32,756 nt of DNA from Spirochaetaceae bacterium. GTDB lineage: Bacteria > Spirochaetota > Spirochaetia > DSM-27196 > SLST01. The stretch lies in the NCBI GenBank assembly GCA_007129695.1, contig SKVA01000418.1, positions 1 to 32,756 of the forward strand. Reading direction: 5' to 3'. The stretch's first letter is position 1, and every line of letters begins with the position of its first letter. The notes beneath the pieces were generated by a model that searched no databases, was not told the origin of the DNA, and saw only the letters and a list, made by a program, of their open reading frames with translations. Shown here piece by piece: positions 8,387 to 17,143 of the stretch. A program made the position numbers and the translations under genes.

Positions 8387-9282
8387 GAAACGAGCGATCC
8401 GTCGGTCAATGCGCCGCGGGCAAGAAGTTCTTCCACCTCCCCTTTTCCGAACAAGCGCGCGTATTCATGAGGCGACATACCGAGCGAGTCACGCAGGTCT
8501 GGATCACCGCCGGCGGCGATCAGGTGGCGCACGATCGATGCGTGCCCCTGCGACGCGGCAAGCATCAGAGCCGTCTGATCGCTCGCGGTGCGGCGGTTCG
8601 GGTCGGCATTGTGCGCAAGCAGAATCCCGACAATCGTGTCCAGGCCCATGCTCGCCGCTTCGCAGAGTGCGCTGGTTCCGTCGTGGCCGCACGCCGCATT
8701 CGGGTCGGCACCGGCGACCAGCAGTCGTTGAACGATTGCCTCCATTCGCGATCGAACCGCGCCGACCAGAAGTGGTACGCCACGCTCGCTGCGCGCGTCG
8801 GGGGACATCCCGACCAGCAGGTAGTCCTCCACCGTCTCCTGGTCGCCTTGTGCCGCGGAGGCAACGGCGGCCGACGCATCCCGGTCCCTTCCACGCAGGC
8901 GGGTTCGCGCCAGATCGATTCGATGGCGTTGTTCCCAGCTCGCACGTTCGGACACCAGGTACATCTCGACCGCGTCGGCGCGAAGCGGTGTCGCCGATGA
9001 AAGGATCCCGTCGAGCGCGTCTTCGGTCACAATCGCGAGCGGGATCCGACGCCCCGACGCGAAACCGGCGGCGTAGACCATCCACGGCGCGGTCTGAGTC
9101 GACCGTGGAAGAAGCACCAGATGAGTCGCGCGATCAAGGAGAGCGTTCATTGTTTCATCGCTGTCGGCCCACCGGTCTGCGACCGAGATGCCGGTGAACT
9201 GGATCGCGTAGTCGCGGATTGATCGCATGATCGCGCGGACAAGCTCGCTATGGGTCGGGTCGGCAAGGAAACCTACGTGCAT
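8383..9282 (-). CDS. Ankyrin-repeat protein with an N-terminal TIR-like/flavodoxin-like domain (299 aa).
   Basis: C-terminal ANK repeats: GADPNAACGHDGTSALCEAASMGLDTIVGILLAHNADPNRRTASDQTALMLAASQGHASIVRHLIAAGGDPD. The N-terminus MHVGFL...HLVLLPRSTQTAPWMVYAAGFASGRRIPLAIV has a TIR-like strand/helix pattern (tentative). I place the start at ATG 9282 rather than the ORF-track 9441. The extra 53 codons are Arg-rich, overlap the divergent gene, and a promoter-like element ends 5 nt before 9282. Confidence 0.7.
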   Translation of the reverse strand: MHVGFLADPTHSELVRAIMRSIRDYAIQFTGISVADRWADSDETMNALLDRATHLVLLPRSTQTAPWMVYAAGFASGRRIPLAIVTEDALDGILSSATPLRADAVEMYLVSERASWEQRHRIDLARTRLRGRDRDASAAVASAAQGDQETVEDYLLVGMSPDARSERGVPLLVGAVRSRMEAIVQRLLVAGADPNAACGHDGTSALCEAASMGLDTIVGILLAHNADPNRRTASDQTALMLAASQGHASIVRHLIAAGGDPDLRDSLGMSPHEYARLFGKGEVEELLARGALTDGSLVS

Positions 9283-9287
9283 GATCC

Positions 9288-9316
9288 ATTCTGGCACGTC
9301 GGTCGATGGTTGACAA
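9288..9316 (-). promoter_or_regulatory. Promoter-like TTGTCA-17-CAGAAT, ending 5 nt before ATG 9282 (candidate leaderless).
   Basis: Minus strand: gcgTTGTCAaccatcgaccgacgtgcCAGAATggatcATG. There is no SD. Its -35 overlaps the plus-strand -35 at 9310-9315. Confidence 0.35.
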
Positions 9317-9338
9317 CGCCGGCCGTTGAAACGATGCT
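9310..9338 (+). promoter_or_regulatory. Promoter-like TTGACA-17-GATGCT, ending 7 nt before ATG 9346 (candidate leaderless).
   Basis: Plus strand: ggTTGACAacgccggccgttgaaacGATGCTgtgatcgATG. The -35 is a perfect match. The -10 keeps only A2 and T6. There is no SD. Confidence 0.35.
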
Positions 9339-9345
9339 GTGATCG

Positions 9346-10122
9346 ATGAACCTCAGACGGCTCCCCGAATCGCCGAGCCTCTTTGATCCAGGTCGACCGA
9401 TCCATCACGAACGGGGACGCGATGCGGTGCTCCTGCTCCACGGTTGGACCGGCTGGCCGGGCCGACTCGCGTACGTCGCCGAACGCCTGGCCGCGGCGGG
9501 GCTTACCGTGTCGGTGCCGCGTCTACCGGGGCATGGCACGTCGATGGCCGATCTGCGCCAGACTACCGCGAACGACTGGGTGCGTCGCGCGATCGATGCG
9601 TACATCGATCTGTGCCAGGATCACACGGTTCGTGTCGCCGGCACATCGATGGGGGGCATCCTTGCGACGATCGTCGCGGCGCAGTTCGGGGTGGACCGGA
9701 TCGCGCTCCTTGCTCCGGCGCATCTGACCCGCAAGCGATCGCTCTGGGTGTCTGTGCTGCTCAGGCACGTGATCACCCGGATCCCGGGTGACTGGTCGCC
9801 CGACCATGAAATCGACCCGGGCGTTCTTCCGATTGCCGAGGAGTACGCGCGGTACAACTACATCTCGACCGTGGCCGAGTTCTACCGTCTCCAACGGATC
9901 GGGCGGCGCGAACTCCCGCGGTTGACCGCCGACACGCTGGTGATGGTGTCGCGCAATGACGGGGCCGTCCCCGAGCGCGTCGCCGACTATATCAACGAGC
10001 GTTCCCGGTCCGCGCGGGTGGAGTCGATCGTCCTTGACCGCAGCAATCACCAGCTTGGTGACCACGTAGAAAAGGAGATGGTTGGCGACGAACTCGTGCG
10101 GTGGTTCGCGCCCGCCGGCTGA
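9346..10122 (+). CDS. Alpha/beta-hydrolase, carboxylesterase (Est/YvaK-like) family.
   Basis: AVLLLHGWTGWPG...LPGHGTS followed by the nucleophile elbow GTSMGG. Size of 258 aa is typical of this family. Confidence 0.85.
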   Translation: MNLRRLPESPSLFDPGRPIHHERGRDAVLLLHGWTGWPGRLAYVAERLAAAGLTVSVPRLPGHGTSMADLRQTTANDWVRRAIDAYIDLCQDHTVRVAGTSMGGILATIVAAQFGVDRIALLAPAHLTRKRSLWVSVLLRHVITRIPGDWSPDHEIDPGVLPIAEEYARYNYISTVAEFYRLQRIGRRELPRLTADTLVMVSRNDGAVPERVADYINERSRSARVESIVLDRSNHQLGDHVEKEMVGDELVRWFAPAG

Positions 10123-10147
10123 CAATCGACCACGCTGACGGTATACT
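10119..10147 (+). promoter_or_regulatory. Sigma70-like promoter CTGACA-17-TATACT, ending 6 nt before ATG 10154 (candidate leaderless).
   Basis: Plus strand: ggCTGACAatcgaccacgctgacggTATACTccgctcATG. There is no SD. The -35 overlaps the TGA stop of the esterase gene. Confidence 0.45.
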
Positions 10148-10153
10148 CCGCTC

Positions 10154-10930
10154 ATGTTCATGTTCCTGATCAAGAAGGCGTTCTTCGACATGTGGGACCA
10201 CTTTCTTGGGGTCGCGATGCTCAACCTGGGGTTCATCGCGCTCCTGACGATCCCGATCCTTGTTCCTCCCGCTGTCGTCGAGTTCAGCGTGGCGCTTGCC
10301 TTCCTATCGCAGGCGGCAGGGATTCTTCTGGTCGTCGTGTACGCCGGCGCGGTGTCGCTTGCGACTCGCGATATGGTCAACTACCAGCGCCCGGAGTTCG
10401 GCAAGCTCATCGAGTACCTGAAAGAGTCGTGGAAATCGTCGCTCGTGTTCGGCGCCATCCTCATCGGCATCGTGATCGTGCTGTGGTTCGGCGTCCCGGT
10501 CTACGCAGGCATGGGCAATCTGCTGGGACTCGCGGCGATCGTCTTCCTGATGTGGGCGCTGATCATCTGGGGTATCAGCAGCCAGTACTATTTTCCGATT
10601 CGAGGTCAGCTCGACACGAAGATTCCCAAGATCATCCGCAAGTGTTTCGTGCTGTTCTTCGACAACACGTTCTTCTCAATCCTGCTCGCGATCGGGACGA
10701 TCGTCATCGCCGTCGGATCGGTGTTTACGGCGCTCCTGATCCCCGGGATCACCGGTCTGCTGATCTGGCACCACGCCGGGCTCAAACTCCGTCTTCTGAA
10801 GTACGACTACCTGGAGGAGAATCCGTCTGCGAACCGGCGACGGATTCCTTGGGACGCGCTGCTGGTAGATGAGGAGGAGCGTGTCGGGAAGCGAACGTTG
10901 CGTGGGATGATCTTCCCGTGGAAGGAGTAG
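10154..10930 (+). CDS. Integral membrane protein, DUF624/YesL-like (tentative family).
   Basis: 258 aa with about 5-6 hydrophobic helices. The N-terminus KKAFFDMWDHFLGVAMLNLGFIALLTIP resembles YesL-type proteins. Confidence 0.7.
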   Translation: MFMFLIKKAFFDMWDHFLGVAMLNLGFIALLTIPILVPPAVVEFSVALAFLSQAAGILLVVVYAGAVSLATRDMVNYQRPEFGKLIEYLKESWKSSLVFGAILIGIVIVLWFGVPVYAGMGNLLGLAAIVFLMWALIIWGISSQYYFPIRGQLDTKIPKIIRKCFVLFFDNTFFSILLAIGTIVIAVGSVFTALLIPGITGLLIWHHAGLKLRLLKYDYLEENPSANRRRIPWDALLVDEEERVGKRTLRGMIFPWKE

Positions 10931-10937
10931 AATCCGC

Positions 10938-12788
10938 TCAGTTTGCGTGTTCGCCCGATGCGGCAAGCATCGCGAAGTGAACCGCCCCCACCGCCTGTCC
11001 GAACTGAGCGACGGTGAAGTCGGGTAGCGCGTCGAGCTGTCGCATCAGCGGCGTGTACGCGATGTCGCCGTCGGCGGCGATCAGCTCGAGCATCGGTGCC
11101 ACTCTGCGCGCGCCCTGCTTGATCAGGTCGAAACAGTGGGTCGTTTTCACGAGCCGGCCGAACAGGAATCGCGCGTTCAACGACGTCTCTAGGATTCGCT
11201 CGGTCTCCACCCACGTCCGCGCGATCGCTTCGCCGACCTGACGGAACACTTCGGCGGCGCACTCCTGGTGCTCGGCCTGCTCCATCAGGAACGCAAGGTA
11301 AGCCTTTCGCATATCCTGCGGTGCCTCCGGTACGACCACTCGCTCGTCATCGCCGCAGCCCGTCGTGACGACGTACCCGCATCGGCCTATTTCTTCCATC
11401 AGCGCCGGACACTCGGTCGGAAACGTCAGCTCTGCGACACGAAAAGCGCCGGTCTGACTCGCGTAGCGCTGCAGTGTTCCCGCGACACCGGTGTTGGTGT
11501 TCGCGATGCTGCGAACGTCGGTCGCCGGTAGATCGCGGTACGGAAGCGATCCCAGATCGATCACCAGATTGTAGACCTCAAGCGGGATCTCCGGGATCGT
11601 CCCGTCACCAAGGACGAGCCCTGTGCCCAGGTCTGTGCCCAGAGAATGCGCGAACACGCCGTGCGCCGCGGCTCCTCCACCGGCCGGGCGGTCGGGCATC
11701 GCTGCGAGTTCGACCGCCGCGGTGAACGCCGCCATCGGTCCGTCGTTGGTGTTCGCGACCACGCCGCCGTTGGCGCAGTAGCGAGCGAGGAGGTCGTCCA
11801 GGTTGGTCAGCTTCGCGAACTGTTCGTCGAACGAACGTTCGCGGTTCGACCGCAGCCCGAGCATCTTCGGGACTTCCCCGCCGACGATCTTGTTGCGAAC
11901 GACAACGTCGGGAAAGCAGAGTCCGATTCCGTCGAAAACACGCCCATCACCGTCGCTCAGGCGTTCTGCTGCTGTTGCGGCATCGGCCAGACGGGCGGGA
12001 TCGGTCGCGCGGTCGGCGACACCGTCTACGATGCGGCGTACCGCATCGGTGCGGTCCCCACCCTCCAGCTCCGCCCTGCGGACGCTCGTGTACGCCGCGA
12101 AGATCCGGACTATATCGACAATCGGGTCGATGATCTGCTCGACGGTTGTCATGCGGGCGGGGTTCCAGTCGTGCTCCTTGACCAGTATCAACTCACCGGC
12201 GACGACCAGTACCGCCTTTATGTCGGTACCCCCGACATCAAGACCACACCACGTTCCGGTTGACCGCTTCGCGGTGCGCGCAAGCGCGTCTGACGGATCG
12301 GTCCGGAACGAAACCGACCGGTGTTCAGGCGCGTCGCCGACCGAGACGTCTATCGCGAAGCGGTGCGTCACGCCCGAGCGGCCGTGCAGAGCAGCCACCA
12401 TGCGGTCGATCACGTTCACGACTCGTGCGACTCCTGCTCGCTCGCCGATCGGTGCGTCCACCGAAAACGTAGCCGCGACCGAACGGACGATCCGCTCGGC
12501 GTCGCGTTGACCCGGCGGAACAAGGAGCTCGAGCCGGTAGCCACCGAGCGTTGTAAGGAGATTGTAGATTTCGCAGAGGAGGTATCGCTCGGACAGCTGT
12601 CGAATCGGGCTATCCAGGTTCGACGGCGACGGGATCGAAAGAACCCCCGCGCGAACTCGTTCGCCGTCGGGTAGAACAAGTCGATAGCCGATCGGTACCC
12701 GGTCGGTAAGCGCGTCGAACGCGTCGCGCACCTGATCGATGAATACCGGACGACCCTCCACGATTCTCTCAGCCAGTCTGTCGATCAC
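10938..12788 (-). CDS. ASKHA-superfamily, ROK-like sugar/nucleoside kinase-like protein with a ~170-aa N-terminal extra domain (616 aa).
   Basis: Phosphate-1 motif WCGLDVGGTDIKAVLV. ROK-like blocks GIGLCFPDVV, NDGPMAAFTAAVE and SLGTDLGTGLVLGDG. No CxCGxxGC zinc motif was seen. The GTG start at 12788 overlaps the yhhQ stop (GTGA). Confidence 0.8.
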   Translation of the reverse strand: MIDRLAERIVEGRPVFIDQVRDAFDALTDRVPIGYRLVLPDGERVRAGVLSIPSPSNLDSPIRQLSERYLLCEIYNLLTTLGGYRLELLVPPGQRDAERIVRSVAATFSVDAPIGERAGVARVVNVIDRMVAALHGRSGVTHRFAIDVSVGDAPEHRSVSFRTDPSDALARTAKRSTGTWCGLDVGGTDIKAVLVVAGELILVKEHDWNPARMTTVEQIIDPIVDIVRIFAAYTSVRRAELEGGDRTDAVRRIVDGVADRATDPARLADAATAAERLSDGDGRVFDGIGLCFPDVVVRNKIVGGEVPKMLGLRSNRERSFDEQFAKLTNLDDLLARYCANGGVVANTNDGPMAAFTAAVELAAMPDRPAGGGAAAHGVFAHSLGTDLGTGLVLGDGTIPEIPLEVYNLVIDLGSLPYRDLPATDVRSIANTNTGVAGTLQRYASQTGAFRVAELTFPTECPALMEEIGRCGYVVTTGCGDDERVVVPEAPQDMRKAYLAFLMEQAEHQECAAEVFRQVGEAIARTWVETERILETSLNARFLFGRLVKTTHCFDLIKQGARRVAPMLELIAADGDIAYTPLMRQLDALPDFTVAQFGQAVGAVHFAMLAASGEHAN

Positions 12789-13486
12789 GTGCTCTCCTCA
12801 TGCTCAGGGATGATGTTGCGCGTCTTCCAGGCGCGCGCGAGGTAGACAAGCGGCGTATCCGCCGCAGCGACGATTACCTTGAACAGGAAGGTCGTCAGCG
12901 CGATCTCAAGAACCACGCTGAACGGAAAAACCCCGATGAACGCCAACGCGGAGAAGATTGCGCTGTCGATGAGCTGGCTCACGATCGTGCTCAGGTTGTT
13001 TCGAATCCAGATCTGCCGCTCGGCGGGGAACCTGCGGCGCCAGAAGTGGTACGCCCACACGTCGTGGTACTGGCTGATCAGATACGCGACAAAGCTTGCA
13101 AGCGTGATCCGCGGCAGGATAGCGAAGATCGCGCTCAGGTGCGGCTGCGCGAAGTCGCTCGCGTCGGGCTCGAACAGTAGCGCTACGTTCATCAGGATCA
13201 CTACCGCGACGAGCGACACGAAGCCGATTCCGACCGCGCGGTTCGCGTCCTTGCGTCCGTAGTTCTCCGACAGGATGTCGGTGACCAGGAATGTCGTCGC
13301 GTAGACTATGTTCCCGAGCGTCGCGGTGAGTCCGAACAGCTCGACCGTCTTGAGGACCTGGAGATTCGCGGTGATCGTCGCGATCGGAATCCAGATGTAG
13401 AGCCCAACGCGGCCGAACACGCGATACACGATCAGGATCGCGGCGAAGTTCAGCGCCAGCATCAGGAGCCACAGCAGTTCGTTCAT
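12785..13486 (-). CDS. yhhQ: Queuosine-precursor transporter, YhhQ/DUF165 family (233 aa).
   Basis: MNELLWLLMLALNFAAILIVYRVFG...IVYATTFLVTDILSENYGRKDANRAVGIGF is typical of YhhQ. I place the start at ATG 13486, not the ORF-track 13696. GGGAGAG lies 5 nt upstream, and the ATG overlaps the TGA of the upstream permease (ATGA). The 70 extra codons are Arg-rich. Confidence 0.85.
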   Translation of the reverse strand: MNELLWLLMLALNFAAILIVYRVFGRVGLYIWIPIATITANLQVLKTVELFGLTATLGNIVYATTFLVTDILSENYGRKDANRAVGIGFVSLVAVVILMNVALLFEPDASDFAQPHLSAIFAILPRITLASFVAYLISQYHDVWAYHFWRRRFPAERQIWIRNNLSTIVSQLIDSAIFSALAFIGVFPFSVVLEIALTTFLFKVIVAAADTPLVYLARAWKTRNIIPEHEEST

Positions 13487-14418
13487 GTAGTCTCTCCCGC
13501 GCCGAATGGCCTCCCAATCGCGCGAGGAGCGGCCGAGCGTCCGACGAAGCCGACCAGCACGACAAGCGTCAGCGCGTACGGAAGCATACTCATGATCTGT
13601 GTCGGAAGCGCGTCGGTTCGTAGCCCCAGGAACACAACGAGCGCCTGCGCGAAGCCGAACAGCAGGCACGCGGCGAACGCGCCCTGAGGCCTCCACTTGC
13701 CGAAAATCACCGCGGCGAGCGCGATGAAACCCTGTCCCGAAATGAGGCCGGGCCTGAACTGCGAGATTATCGCGATACTGAGCGTCCCCCCGCCGAGCCC
13801 GGCGAAGAACCCCGACGCAACGACGGACACGTAGCGGACGAGCTTGACGTCAACCCCGAGCGTGTCGGCGGCCTCCGGATGCTCGCCCACCGCGCGTATC
13901 CGCAGACCGAGCCGCGTCCGGTAGAGCACGAACCATACCGCCGCAACCGCGACAACCGCGAGGTACGCGGTTGCGTACCGATTGAGTAACAGATCGGGTA
14001 CGGAGTTCGACGCAAAAACTCCGTTCAGCGGTCTGGGGATCTTGTTGTCGAGTCCGAGCGACCGCGTCTGAGTAGCTCCGTCGAAGAGCAATCGGCTCAC
14101 GAAGTAGGAGATGCCTGGCCCCAGAAAGTTGATAGCGATCCCCGAAACCACATGATCGGCGTTGAACGTCACGCACGCGACCGCGTGGAGCAGGCCAAAG
14201 CAACCGGCGGCAACGCCGGCCGCGAACAGGCCGACCCACGCGTTGCCGGAGAAGTACCCGACGGCGGCTGCAGTGAACGCGCCGACAACCATCATCCCCT
14301 CAAGCCCGATGTTCACGACGCCCGAGTTCTCGGACACCGTACCGCCAAGCGACGTGAATATGAGGGGTGATGCGTACATGAGCGTCTGCCCCAGGAGAAA
14401 CGCGATGCTGACGATCAC
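13483..14418 (-). CDS. ABC transporter permease 2 (BMP-type nucleoside/sugar importer, YufQ/NupQ-like), 311 aa.
   Basis: Polytopic membrane protein: LIFTSLGGTVSENSGVVNIGLEGMM...RIRAVGEHPEAADTLGV. I place the start at GTG 14418, overlapping the TGA of permease 1 (GTGA). The ORF-track start at 14781 lies inside the upstream gene. Confidence 0.85.
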   Translation of the reverse strand: MIVSIAFLLGQTLMYASPLIFTSLGGTVSENSGVVNIGLEGMMVVGAFTAAAVGYFSGNAWVGLFAAGVAAGCFGLLHAVACVTFNADHVVSGIAINFLGPGISYFVSRLLFDGATQTRSLGLDNKIPRPLNGVFASNSVPDLLLNRYATAYLAVVAVAAVWFVLYRTRLGLRIRAVGEHPEAADTLGVDVKLVRYVSVVASGFFAGLGGGTLSIAIISQFRPGLISGQGFIALAAVIFGKWRPQGAFAACLLFGFAQALVVFLGLRTDALPTQIMSMLPYALTLVVLVGFVGRSAAPRAIGRPFGAGETT

Positions 14419-15599
14419 TTCGAACTGCCTCCAGCCGTGCTGCGCGTTGCGCGGCGACGATAGAGCGCCGCGATGACCCGCATCAGGTTCGGAATCGCGA
14501 TGAAGAAGATTATCGTTCCTATGACGATCGCGATGATCTCCGACGGGGCACCGAGCCGTACCTGGAGTCTTGAGCCACCGTGAACGAGCGAACCGAACAG
14601 CAGACCTGAGAAGACGTTTCCGAACGCGGTATTGTTGCCGATCAGCGACACTGCGATCCCGTCGAAGCCGTTGCCCTCCATGATGGCGAGTTTGGTGATG
14701 TCCTGCGTTCTGCCCATGACCTGTATCGCACCCGAAAGCGCAGCGATGGCGCCGGCGATCGCCATCGAAAGCGTCGTGCACCTACGGACGTTGATGCCGC
14801 TGTACTCGGCCGCGTCCCTGTTATGACCGACCGCGCGCAGCTCGTAGCCGAGCGTCGTACGGTTGAGAATGTACCAGACGGCGGTCGCCAGGAGTAACGC
14901 GATAACAATCCCCCAGTTCACATCGGCGCGCAGCACCTCTGCGAAGAACGATCCGCTGTTAGCGGCTCGCCACGCAAGCCCCTGTTCGGACAGCTTCCAC
15001 GCGCCCAGGATGTCGATTCGCGCGGTGTCCGCGATTTTGTGGCTCGCCTCGCTCTGCGGCCGTTGAACCCACGACAGGCCAATCATGAAGTTGCTCAGGT
15101 AGAACGCGATCCAGTTGAGCATGATCGTCGATATCACCTCGTGGACCCCAAACCGTGCCTTGAGGAGGCCGGCAAAACCTCCCCACGCCGCGCCTGCGAC
15201 GAATGCGGATGCGAGAATAAGCGGCACATGGAGTATCGCGGGCAGGTTCACCGCGAATCCGAGCAGCGCCGCTACGAGCGAACCGACGATGAACTGACCT
15301 TCGGCACCGATGTTGAACAACCCGGTGCGGAACGCAAATGTCACCGACAGTCCCGTGATGATGATCGGTGTCGAGCGGACGATTGCAGCGGCGACGTTCC
15401 GGGGGCTCGAGAATACGCCCGCAAGGATTTCGCCGTACGCCAGGATCGGGTTGAACCCCGCGACAAGCAGAACGACCCCGCCGACGATCACCCCCACGGC
15501 GACCGATACCGCGGCAAAAAACGCAGGCGTGCGCAGCAGCCACGGGGTAGTCGATGCGGTCGCAGCCGGGCCCGTCACAGGTAGCTCGCGATCGTTCAT
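14415..15599 (-). CDS. ABC transporter permease 1 (YufP/NupP-like), 394 aa.
   Basis: Polytopic: FNIGAEGQFIVGSLVAALLG...ELRAVGHNRDAAEYSGI. ATG 15599 overlaps the TGA of the ATPase gene (ATGA). Confidence 0.9.
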   Translation of the reverse strand: MNDRELPVTGPAATASTTPWLLRTPAFFAAVSVAVGVIVGGVVLLVAGFNPILAYGEILAGVFSSPRNVAAAIVRSTPIIITGLSVTFAFRTGLFNIGAEGQFIVGSLVAALLGFAVNLPAILHVPLILASAFVAGAAWGGFAGLLKARFGVHEVISTIMLNWIAFYLSNFMIGLSWVQRPQSEASHKIADTARIDILGAWKLSEQGLAWRAANSGSFFAEVLRADVNWGIVIALLLATAVWYILNRTTLGYELRAVGHNRDAAEYSGINVRRCTTLSMAIAGAIAALSGAIQVMGRTQDITKLAIMEGNGFDGIAVSLIGNNTAFGNVFSGLLFGSLVHGGSRLQVRLGAPSEIIAIVIGTIIFFIAIPNLMRVIAALYRRRATRSTAGGSSK

Positions 15600-17122
15600 T
15601 CGCGCCCTCCGGCCATCAGAAGCCCCAGATGGTGCTCATCAACCCGACCCCGCTCGAAGATTCCGACGATCTTGCCTTCGTAGATCACCGCAATGCGGTC
15701 GGAGAGATTCATGACTTCGTCAAGGTCGAGCGAGATCAGCAGCACCGCCTTTCCGCGGTCCCGCTGCTCCACGAGCGCGCGGTGCACGAACTCGATTGCT
15801 CCAACGTCGAGCCCTCTAGTCGGCTGAGCAGCGACAAGCACGTTGGGATCGTTGCCGACTTCTCGTGCGATGATGACCTTCTGCTGATTCCCGCCGGACA
15901 GGGAGCCCGCTGGATACTCGGGATCGTTCGGTCGGACGTCGAACCGCTCGATCAGTCCGGCGGCGCGCCGGTGGATCTCGCGTTCGTTCAGGATCCCGCC
16001 TCTGCTGTACGGAGCCCGGTCATGGATACCCATAACCATGTTGTCGGCGATCGAGTATTCCAGAACCAGACCACGGCGCTGTCGGTCTTCGGGGATCGAA
16101 GCCAGACCGTGTGCCTGTACGGATTTCGGCGTCATCCCGGTAACATCGGTCTGATCGACCAGAATCCGACCCGACTCGACCCGTCTCACCCCCACCAGGG
16201 CTTCGACGAGCTCACTCTGGCCGTTTCCGTCGACACCGGCGACGCCGACTATCTCGCCGGAACGGACCGATAGCGACGCCCCGTTGACCGCAGCGAGCCC
16301 GCGCGCGTTGCGCACGACCAGTCCGTCGATCGCAAGCCGTACATCACCGGGCTCGGTGGTCTTGCGGTCGACCGTGAACAGCACTTCCCGTCCTACCATA
16401 GCGGATGCGAGACTGCGCGGAGTCGCCGAACCAACGTCGACCGTATCGACAACTTTGCCGCGTCGTATCACGGTGCAGCGATCCGCGATCGCAATGATTT
16501 CCCGAAGCTTGTGCGTTATGAGGATAATGGTCGTTCCCTGGTCGACGAGCAGACGCATGATGTCCATCAGCTCGTCGATCTCCTGCGGCGTAAGGACCGC
16601 CGTAGGTTCGTCCAGAATCAGCACGTCGGCCCGCCGGTACAGGGCCTTCAGGATCTCAACTCGCTGCTGGGTTCCGACGCTGACATCGCGGACTACCGCC
16701 AGAGGATCCACGCGCAGACCGAATTTCGCGCTCAACTCGACGACAGCTTCGACGGCCTGCGCATCGCGGAGAATGCCGAACGCGCCAACACGCTCGCGGC
16801 CAAGGACGATGTTCTGCGCGACGGTGAACGTGTCCACGAGCTTGAAGTGCTGGTGGACCATTCCGATCCCGAGCCGGATCGCCTCCGAGGCGCCGTGGAT
16901 CGCGACGCGATCGCCATTGAGCCTGATCTGGCCGCTGTCGGGTGGATAGAGCCCGTAGAGGATGTTCATCAGAGTCGTCTTTCCGGCGCCGTTCTCACCG
17001 AGAAGCGCGTGAACCTCGCCGGGCGCGACCCGCAGCGATATCGAGTCGTTGGCGACGACCGATCCGAACGCCTTTGTGATACCGGTCATCTCGATTCGCG
17101 GGACGGCTTGCTGTGTCGTCAC
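15596..17122 (-). CDS. ABC transporter ATP-binding protein with duplicated ABC domains (nucleoside/sugar type).
   Basis: Walker [10 protein letters not shown], Walker B VLILDEPT, and second-domain signature [10 protein letters not shown] prefer GTG 17122 (GGAG 5 nt upstream). The ORF-track start TTG 17140 sits 3 nt from a strong hairpin and has no SD. Confidence 0.9.
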   Translation of the reverse strand: MTTQQAVPRIEMTGITKAFGSVVANDSISLRVAPGEVHALLGENGAGKTTLMNILYGLYPPDSGQIRLNGDRVAIHGASEAIRLGIGMVHQHFKLVDTFTVAQNIVLGRERVGAFGILRDAQAVEAVVELSAKFGLRVDPLAVVRDVSVGTQQRVEILKALYRRADVLILDEPTAVLTPQEIDELMDIMRLLVDQGTTIILITHKLREIIAIADRCTVIRRGKVVDTVDVGSATPRSLASAMVGREVLFTVDRKTTEPGDVRLAIDGLVVRNARGLAAVNGASLSVRSGEIVGVAGVDGNGQSELVEALVGVRRVESGRILVDQTDVTGMTPKSVQAHGLASIPEDRQRRGLVLEYSIADNMVMGIHDRAPYSRGGILNEREIHRRAAGLIERFDVRPNDPEYPAGSLSGGNQQKVIIAREVGNDPNVLVAAQPTRGLDVGAIEFVHRALVEQRDRGKAVLLISLDLDEVMNLSDRIAVIYEGKIVGIFERGRVDEHHLGLLMAGGRE

Positions 17123-17143
17123 ATCGACTCCGGGGATCAAGGC

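Noticed and set aside
9283-9441. N-terminal extensions implied by ORF-track starts: 9441, 13696, 14781, 18272, 23488, 25197, 28283, 29022 and 30217.
   Set aside because: In each case the extra codons are Arg-rich and overlap a neighbouring gene. An internal start with an SD, a 4-nt overlap or a promoter, plus the expected family N-terminus, fits better.
8220-10380. ORFs 8220-9197 (+), 8504-9085 (-) and 9523-10380 (-).
   Set aside because: They are antisense or out of frame relative to the ankyrin, esterase and DUF624-like genes. Their composition is Arg/Pro-rich with no motifs.
7569-10930. The idea that the four singleton genes (membrane protein, TIR-like/ANK, esterase, DUF624-like) form a defence island.
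   Set aside because: There is no nuclease, helicase, ATPase, SIR2, methylase or mobile-element hallmark and no obvious compositional break. Each gene has its own promoter, and two are oriented divergently.
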